Shown here: positions 11,940 through 20,097 of the stretch, one piece after another
Layout: each line of letters starts with the position of its first letter
Numbering within the stretch: the first letter of the stretch is position 1
Assembly (NCBI GenBank): GCA_021432655.1
Contig: MU271679.1
Coordinates: 1-32,914, forward strand
Source: Atractiella rhizophila
Lineage: Eukaryota
Length of the DNA: 32,914 nt
Reading direction: 5' to 3'
Position numbers and translations under genes: made by a program
Notes under the pieces: generated by a model
Databases searched by the model: none
What the model was told of the DNA's origin: nothing
What the model saw: only the letters and a program-made list of their open reading frames with translations

Positions 11940-13316
11940 CTATTCCTCTTCTTCCTCCTCATCTTCTTCATTTGCCTTCGGCCGCTTCGATTTCGGGGTT
12001 GCCCAATCGTCGTCAATCCACTCAGAGACGTCCTTAACTTTCTCCACACTGTCCTCAGCCTTTATAGCCTCGAGAGCACGAAGCCTCCGCCACACCAGGA
12101 CTGCTGCTAGGACATCGTCTCTCGAGTCTAGTTCACGCATCATCAGCACAAGTCAGGTGGCCAACTGGTAAAGGAACCTACAATTCTGCTGCTCCTCATC
12201 CAACTGTCTCTCCCAATTACTTGTCCGGACGCTCCCCTAGTTCCTTCCTCAGTACCAGTACAGACGAGTGAGAAAAAATTTAAGGATGAACTTTGGGCAG
12301 ATATAAATCGGTATAATAGCCAGTGAGTGTTTGGAGCGCAATAAGGCCTCGTTTATGCTGCCACCTCTCCAAATCCACACTTCTAGCGACGTCTGAAAGT
12401 TCGATTACGCCTTTGAGAGCGACCCCGAAGTCACGATATAATTTTCGAGCGTCTCCACCGATATTCACACCCACTTTAAGGACGGACTTGTCTTCCAAGA
12501 GATATTTGAGAGTATCCGGGAACTCTGTGATCCATCAATGTGTAAACAAAGTAAGCGTAAAGTAAGTAAAAAGCGCACTTGACATCCGAAAAATTGGGAC
12601 AAGGAGGACCGTCTTTAAGTCCCCGATTTGGATCAACGCTGTCTTCCCCTGCTTTCCATAAAACCCGACATTCCACTCCATATCGAACCCAAGAACGGTT
12701 TCTGAACTCTCTCGAAGAGTGGACACCGTGCTAGTGATGAAAGGCAACGAAGTCGTGTACAGGACTCGCACTGGAAGAGGCGGAGTAAAAGGTGGATGGC
12801 GGAGGGAGAGCAGATTATCTCGTTTCTCCGCTTCACTAGACGCCTTCGTAGGAGACCAACCCGATTTTGGACGCGCGGATTTGGAAGAGAAACTTCTTGC
12901 AGGAATGCTCGTGGTTTCAACAAAAAAGGATGGCGGAAGAACTCGAGTCTTCTTCTTTGTCTTTGGCGAGGTTGCTTTTGATGAAGCACAGATGGCCGCG
13001 CTCCGTGGTGGTGAATTAGAAGACAATGGTGTCAATTTGGCCCTAGCGAGCTTCCTTGCGTTATTCTTCTCTCTCTTCCAGTCCATCAAAATTTTGGACT
13101 GTGGACTTGGAGGATATGCGACCCTATCACCCTCAAAATAATCAACGCAAAGCTCCTTCAGGGTTCCCACGCACTTCTTCCCTGGAGAGCCTTCACTTTA
13201 AAAGAGCGTATTAATTCTTCTGGATCCAATTCGTGAAAGCGGGAGGAACAGACATACGGAGAGGAAGGGTCAAGGTCAATAACAAGCGGCTTCTTGGGGT
13301 TGTAAAGGTTAGACAT
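11940..13316 (-). CDS. WRN/EXD2-like DEDDy 3'-5' exonuclease, copy 1
   Basis: Exo[16 protein letters not shown], Exo[26 protein letters not shown] and ExoIII QQNYSRDD. Five exons from MSNLYNPKK to an acidic tail. No helicase domain. Confidence 0.9.
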
Positions 13317-13463
13317 TAGTTCCTGCGAAATCAAATAGGCAAGTATACAATTGGAGTATATTGTTAACGAGGTAGGCTCTTTTAAAAGTCGAAGTCGTGA
13401 AAGTGAGCCAGGGAGTGAGCCAGACATGAGCCTGAGAAGCAAGATGTTAAAGTCACGAGATTG

Positions 13464-13475
13464 CCCTAACCCTAA
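13464..13475 (-). promoter_or_regulatory. Telomere-repeat dimer (CCCTAA)2, candidate telo-box; duplicated at 16207-16218
   Basis: Exact CCCTAACCCTAA ~148 bp upstream of the exonuclease ATG. Confidence 0.5.
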
Positions 13476-13846
13476 GACACGCTAACCTCAACAACAACGA
13501 CGGCTGACGAACGGGGACCATCCCAAATATCGTATGGAGGAGATGTAATGGTTTTACTTTGGGATATAGTTAGATAGTAGCCCGATCCTGGAAACGGTGG
13601 ATTCTCAGAAATGGTACACCTGAACGAATGAATCGGTATGGATATGCATGATCCCTCCTGTCCTTCTGGCCGTCCCGTCAATCTAGCCGTCCAGCTTAGC
13701 TTATCCCATAGAGCGGTTGGTGACGGCGACAGGTCGGCTTTTTTTCTTGGCTACCCTCTGTTTTCGTCCAATCGTAGGACTACATTCTCCGACAACCTCC
13801 GTGACAGTCCGTGACGCGTGAAGGATCAGCTGCGTTATGAAATTTG

Positions 13847-13869
13847 ATCAGATAAAAGCTATCAGATTA
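13847..13869 (+). promoter_or_regulatory. Tandem iron-responsive GATA-factor sites (SreA/Urbs1/Fep1-type)
   Basis: ATCAGATAA (exact ATCWGATAA) followed by ATCAGATTA, ~85-105 bp upstream of the siderophore transporter ATG. Confidence 0.7.
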
Positions 13870-13953
13870 AAGCTTCTCATTCCTGTGCAGATTCTTCGCT
13901 CAGCCCAATCTTGCTTCCGCCACTTGGCAATCTTTTCAAAGAGTGAACAAGAA

Positions 13954-14562
13954 ATGGCCGATGTCGAGACCTCAAAGCCAGAGCGAGAAAACTCTTACCG
14001 TTCTGATGAGAAGGAGAAAGAGCTTGATATCGAAGGAGCCCCTACTTCAGCTACTTCTGAAGTTCTCCAGCATCTCCCCGAAGGGGCGACGAATTCGAAG
14101 GACGAGCTAAATGAGTCTGTACAGGGAGTGACAAGAATTTCCCTTCTTTACCAGGTCTTCAGAGACCGTGGGCAGGCGATCTGGCTGCTATACATCTCTA
14201 TTGCCCTGCTGTCAATCGCTTATGCTCTTAGGTGCGCGTTTGCTGTCTATTCTGAATTGGATGAAAGACTGATTTCGAATAGCTCAAACACAGTGTGGAT
14301 TTTTCTTCAATTTGCAACTTCCGGCCTTGGACATCACGCTTTCTACGGGACAATTCAAGTCGTCATTGGAATCACTGGGTATCTTAGCGCATTCAGCTTT
14401 TCTTCTCAGCTTATCAGATGAGTTAGGTCTGTGTGTCAACCTTTTGTAGCCAAAATTGCAGGTAGGTGTGAACGGAAGTTTTGGGCGAGGATTCGGCACT
14501 GAACATAATAATAGATGTTGGCACACGTCCCGTAGCTCTGACTTTCAGTGAGTCCTCTGTCG
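13954..14562 (+). pseudogene. Siderophore-iron transporter, 5' fragment (exons 1-4, broken in intron 4)
   Basis: Matches 16699-17307. The sequence switches to the exonuclease 3' flank 15 nt after the intron-4 donor at 14548. Confidence 0.85.
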
Positions 14563-14680
14563 ACGACTGCCGACTGGTAACGATCTCATGGAGCCCATTG
14601 CATTATCTAGATTGAGTAAGATACAAAAGGTGAGTCAATACAAGAGACTGAGCCAGGTACTAAATAAATATTGACAAGGT

Positions 14681-16059
14681 CTATTCCTCTTCTTCCTCCT
14701 CATCTTCTTCATTTGCCTTCGGCCGCTTCGATATCGGGGTTGCCCAATCGTCGTCAATCCACTCAGAGACGTCCTTAACTTTCTCCACACTGTCCTCAGC
14801 CTTTATAGCCTCGAGAGCACGAAGCCTCCGCCACACCAGGACTGCTGCTAGGACATCGTCTCTCGAGTCTAGTTCACGCATCATCAGCACAAGTCAGGTG
14901 GCCAACTGGTAAAGGAACCTACAATTCTGCTGCTCCTCATCCAACTGTCTCTCCCAATTACTTGTCCGGACGCTCCCCTAGTTCCTTCCTCAGTACCAGT
15001 ACAGACGAGTGAGAAAGAATGTCGTGGATGAACCTTGGGCAGGTACAAATCGGTATAATAGCCGGTGAGTGTTTGGAGCGCAATAAGGCCTCGTTTATGC
15101 TGCCACCTCTCCAAATCCACACTTCTAGCGACGTCTGAAAGTTCGATTACGCCTTTGAGAGCGACCCCGAAGTCACGATATAATTTTCGAGCGTCTCCAC
15201 CGATATTCACACCTACTTTGGGGACGGACTTGTCTTCCAAGAGATGTTTGAGAGCATCCGGGAACTCTGTGATCCACCAATGTGTGAACAAAGTAAGCAC
15301 AAATTAAGGGGAAAAAGGCACTTGACATCCGAAAAATTGGAACAAGAAGGACCGTCTTCAAGTCCCCGATTTGGATCAACGCTGTCTTCCCCTGCTTTCC
15401 ATAAAACCCGACATTCCACTCCATATCGAAACCTAGAATGGTTTCTGAGCTCTCTCGAAGAATGGACACTGTGCTCGTGATGAGAGGCAACGAAGTCGTG
15501 TACAGGACTCGCACTGGAAGAGGCGGAGTAAAAGGTGGATGGCGGAGGGAGAGCAGCTTATCTCGTTTCTCCGCTTCACTAGACGCCTTCGTAGGAGTCC
15601 AACCCGATTTTGGACGCGCGGCTTTGGAAGAGAAACTTCTTGCAGGAATGCTCGTGGTTTCAACAAAAAAGGATGGCGGAAGAACTCGAGTCTTCTTCTT
15701 TGTCTTTGGCGAAGTTGCTTTTGATGAAGCACAGATGGCCGCGCTCCGTGGTGGTGAATTAGAAGACAATGGTGTCAATTTGGCCCTAGTGACCTTCCTT
15801 GCGTTATTCTTCTCTCTCTTCCAGTCCATCAAAATTTTGGACTGTGGACTTGGAGGATATGCGACCCTATCACCCTCAAAATAATCAACGCAAAGCTCCT
15901 TCAGGGTTCCCACGCACTTCTTCCCTGGAGAGCCTTCACTTTAAAAGAGCGTATTAATTCTTCTGGATCCAATTCGTGAAAGCGGGAGGAACAGACATAC
16001 GGAGAGGAAGGGTCAAGGTCAATAACAAGCGGCTTCTTGGGGTTGTAAAGGTTAGACAT
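14681..16059 (-). CDS. WRN/EXD2-like DEDDy 3'-5' exonuclease, copy 2
   Basis: Same exon structure and catalytic motifs as copy 1 ([20 protein letters not shown]), with about a dozen amino-acid differences. Confidence 0.9.
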
Positions 16060-16591
16060 TAGTTCCTGCGAAATCAAATAGGCAAGTATACAATTGGAGT
16101 ATATTGTTAACGAGGTAGGCTCTTTTAAAAGTCGAAGTCGTGAAAGTGAGCCAGGGAGTGAGCCAGACATGAGCCTGAGAAGCAAGATGTTAAAGTCACG
16201 AGATTGCCCTAACCCTAAGACACGCTAACCTCAACAACAACGACGGCTGACGAACGGGGACCATCCCAAATATCGTATGGAGGAGATGTAATGGTTTTAC
16301 TTTGGGATATAGTTAGATAGTAGCCCGATCCTGGAAACGGTGGATTCTCAGAAATGGTACACCTGAACGAATGAATCGGTATGGATATTGCATGATCCCT
16401 CCTGTCCTTCTGGCCGTCCCGTCAATCTAGCCGTCCAGCTTAGCTTATCCCATAGAGCGGTTGGTGACGGCGACAGGTCGGCTTTTTTTTCTTGGCTACC
16501 CTCTGTTTTCGTCCAATCGTAGGACTACATTGTCCGACAACCTCCGTGACAGTCCGTGACGCGTGAAGGATCAGCTGCGTTATGAAATTTG

Positions 16592-16614
16592 ATCAGATAA
16601 AAGCTATCAGATTA
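16592..16614 (+). promoter_or_regulatory. Tandem iron-responsive GATA-factor sites, copy 2
   Basis: ATCAGATAA at 16592-16600 and ATCAGATTA at 16606-16614, upstream of the ATG at 16699. Confidence 0.7.
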
Positions 16615-16698
16615 AAGCTTCTCATTCCTGTGCAGATTCTTCGCTCAGCCCAATCGTGCTTCCGCCACTTGGAAATCTTTTCAAAGAGTGAACAAGAA

Positions 16699-19621
16699 AT
16701 GGCCGATGTCGAGACCTCAAAGCCAGAGCGAGAAAACTCTTACCGTTCTGATGAGAAGGAGAAAGAGCTTGATATCGAAGGAGTCCCTACTTCAGCTACT
16801 TCAGAAGTTCTCCAGCATCTCCCCGAAGGGGCGACGAATTCGAAGGACGAGCTAAATGAGTCTGTACAGGGAGTGACAAGAATTTCCCTTCTTTACCAGG
16901 TCTTCAGAGACCGTGGGCAGGCGATCTGGCTGCTATACATCTCTATTGCCCTGCTGTCAATCGCTTATGCTCTTAGGTGCGCGTTTGCTGTCTATTCTGA
17001 ATTGGATGAAAGACTGATTTCGAATAGCTCAAACACAGTGTGGATTTTTCTTCAATTTGCAACTTCCGGCCTTGGACATCACGCTTTCTACGGGACAATT
17101 CAAGTCGTCATTGGAATCACTGGGTATCTTAGCGCATTCAGCTTTTCTTCTCAGCTTATCAGATGAGTTAGGTCTGTGTGTCAACCTTTTGTAGCCAAAA
17201 TTGCAGGTAGGTGTGAACGGAAGTTTTGGGCGAGGATTCGGCACTGAACATAATAATAGATGTTGGCACACGTCCCGTAGCTCTGACTTTCAGTGAGTCC
17301 TCTGTCGTTCTACAACGTAATCGCTCACATTGTTGTGCTCAGCAATTGTGCTATTTGCCGTCGGGTTTGTCATCGTTGCTGCAAGTCAGACCGTACAGCA
17401 GATTGCAGGTGGTAAGCGATCAGCGCAGACAAACGGCAAGGTAGATTGACATTTTCCCAGGGGAAGTGATATACACTGTCGGGCAGAGCGGTTTATCCCT
17501 TCTGCAAACTATTATCATTGCCGATATCACGTCTTTGCAGTGGAGGGCCTTTGGTTAGTTTGTCTGAAATGATGTTCCTTGATTCACCTCATTGCCAGCC
17601 AACGGTCTCGTCTCCTCCCCTTATATTTGTGCGTCACTGCCATCATTAGTCGAATTGTCCGCTGAATGAAGGGATTTACAGTGTTCGCGTTTATCTCTGG
17701 GTACATTAACGACGGTGTGTAGTGTAAACTCTTCCAAAAAGTCTACCCTGACCAGGTTTTGCCAGGAATCGGTTTGCAAAACTGGAGATGGGGTACGTCC
17801 TTCATTCTCTACATCAAGACAATCGCTTACATGTTCTGTAGCCTATGGGATGTTTGCCATCATTGGTGGGTTTGAACCAAATGTACCCTTCTATCCGACT
17901 AATGGCCAGGAACAGTTCCTGTCGTAACAATTCCTGCCATCGTAAGCCATCAAGAACTGACGCTTCATTGGCTCATCCCCTCCTTTAGGTCATCCTTTTC
18001 TGGGGAGATTATAAAGCGAAACGTTTGCTGCCACCGAAACCGAAGAAGCATGAGCTCTACGTTCCCGCTTTGCGCTACCGATGGATCGACCTGATATGGC
18101 ACTATTACAACGAGATTGACGGGTTCGGGTTGGTCCTCACTGGATTTTCTTGGGCATTGTTACTTTTGCCATTCACACTATCGGCTACTGCGGACCATGG
18201 GTGGAGCAACGGTAAGTGAAGTATAGCCAGGCAATGTCAAGTAGGACTAAGGTTCTCCATAGCTTCGCTCATTGCAATGTTTGTAGTCGGCGGCATCCTC
18301 CAAATCGCATTCTTCTACTGGGAAGTGAAAATTGCTGCTCATCCACTTCTCACACCCCATGTTCTCAACAGAGCATGTCGCTTTTCTCCGAGTTCTCCAA
18401 CACGCACTTACCTCAGCCGTGTATCACAGAATTTCTTGATCGCCTGCCAGGCAGAGATTATCACCTACTTGGCGTCTTACCTTGCAGACACCTACTATCT
18501 CAGCTGGGTCTATGTGATTAAGGATTGGTGAGTTTGCCAAGTTCCTCGCACGTTCTGAACTGAGCAGATTTGTCACAGGTCGACAGAAAACTACACTTAC
18601 TTCTCGGTACGGCCATCCTCTTTTCTTTTCTTAGCAAGCTTACCTGCATCTAGAACATTTTGACAGTTGGACTTTGTCTGTTTGGACTACTTGCGGGTAT
18701 TATAATGAGAATTCATAGACGTTACAAAGTAACCCTTTCTTTATCAAAAACGTGTATGCTGATGTAGGCGGTCAGTATCTCTTGGTGGCAGGACTCGCTG
18801 TTCAAGTCATGTAAGTTAAATATGTTTACCTAGAAAAAGACTATTAATGGGTACTCAGCGCAAAAGGCATTCAGTTATATGCTAGGGATGAGAATGCAAC
18901 GTTCGTATCTTTAACTTGTGTATAGCACAAACGACTAATGTTGTTGAGAAGGGACGTCGCTTTAGTTTGGAGTCGCATCCTGAACTCCTTAAGTGGAGGA
19001 TTCCTCACAGTCTGCAACATTGTAAGTTACAATTTTCTGCTAGCAGAACACCTCCTTGATGGAGAACTTCAGTCAGCAGCTCAAGCATCGGTACCGCACC
19101 GCTCTCTTGCTTCTTCCCAGGCAATTCTCGCTTTATACACCAAACTGGGTGGATCCATCGGCAGTGCCATCGCTACCGCTGTATGGACGTAAGTTTTCGT
19201 GTTGTTTGATGAAGTTGCATTGACGAACAGAGGCCATCAGCGACAAGATGCCTAAGAATCTCGCCAAGCAGCTCAACGGCCTAGCGAACGCAACAGAGAT
19301 CAACGAAATCTACAACAGCATTACTGTCGCTCGGTTCTCTGCTCCAGAGATTCGGACTGGGGTGATTCGGGCATATAATGACACAGTCTATCCGTTATAC
19401 CTTTCGACTTTGATCATCTGTCAGCATCTCTCTTGTTTTTCGAGACCTGAACGAACTGATGAAATGTAGCCTTCATCCCCGTCTTTTTCGCTCTTTTCAT
19501 GACCAATTACTACCTGGACGGTCGTCAAAATGTCGCCGAAGCAGGCAAGACCGAAAAAGACACAGAGCTCTGGGACGATATCAAGTGGGCAAAGAAACTG
19601 TTGACGAGATCAGAGAAGTAG
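16699..19621 (+). CDS. MFS siderophore-iron transporter (SIT/ARN/MirB/Str family), complete, ~22 exons
   Basis: The spliced product includes GHHAFYGTIQVVIGITGSVCQPFVAKIADVGTRP, IIIADITSLQWRAF, NWRWAYGMFAII, EIDGFGLVL, LLLLPFTL, SAAQASVPH, GGSIGSAIATAVWT and NYYLDGRQN. It ends LLTRSEK* at 19621. Confidence 0.9.
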
Positions 19622-20097
19622 CGATTCAGCCGTTGTGTCCTTAGAGATTGAATAGAGGGGTAATTGGATCGGAAGATATGGGTCCTGTAGAATGGCTGAT
19701 TCTTTTTACAGAATGGTCTCGTTGAGACGCTACGATGTTATGAAATTTCCAACAGCGCGCCAAATATTCCAATTTAAGAGATGGCTCGTCCTCAACCTAA
19801 GCTCTACTACTCGCTAACGTCACGACGCATTGCCCAAGCTTTCTATCCAATCAGTCAACAGCTTCCCATGATCCCCATCGTTTGAAATCCGGATCAGGTT
19901 CGCCTCCCGTTTCCCACGCCGCGAAGTCAAGGTAAGGCGTAACAAAGCTAGCGGAGAAGCCGACATCCATGGCCATCGCATTTGCACCATCCTTGTCTTC
20001 ACAGCGCCCTTCACCGATCGACAGCTTCTTCTTCATTGGGTGAGCTGTATGCCTTAAGAATTGGTGAAGTTCTCGAATCCATTCAGTCGAGCTAAAA
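16939..20097. repeat. Segmental duplication unit B, copy 1 (~3.16 kb)
   Basis: Near-identical to 20098-23257 and overlaps unit A copy 2 by 369 bp. Confidence 0.95.
19851..20097 (-). pseudogene. 3' fragment of the F-box-like gene
   Basis: Matches ~23009-23254 (FSSTEWIRELHQF...GSWEAVD*) and has no 5' part. Confidence 0.85.

Larger units (their letters stand above)
11823..14562. repeat. Segmental duplication unit A, copy 1 (2740 bp)
   Basis: Near-identical to 14564-17307. It starts CGACTGCCGACTGGTAAC and ends GAGTCCTCTGTCG. Confidence 0.95.
14564..17307. repeat. Segmental duplication unit A, copy 2 (2744 bp)
   Basis: Direct repeat of 11823-14562 with scattered substitutions and small indels. 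Confidence 0.95.

Noticed and set aside
13837..13953. Upstream in-frame ATG extending the transporter N-terminus (also 16582)
   Set aside because: It overlaps the GATA operator sites and probably lies upstream of the TSS. ATG 13954/16699 (MADVETSK) has a better context.
14564..20097. Inserted block as a transposon with a target-site duplication
   Set aside because: It has no terminal repeats or mobility genes, its content is a copy of the host locus, and 369 bp is far too long for a normal TSD.
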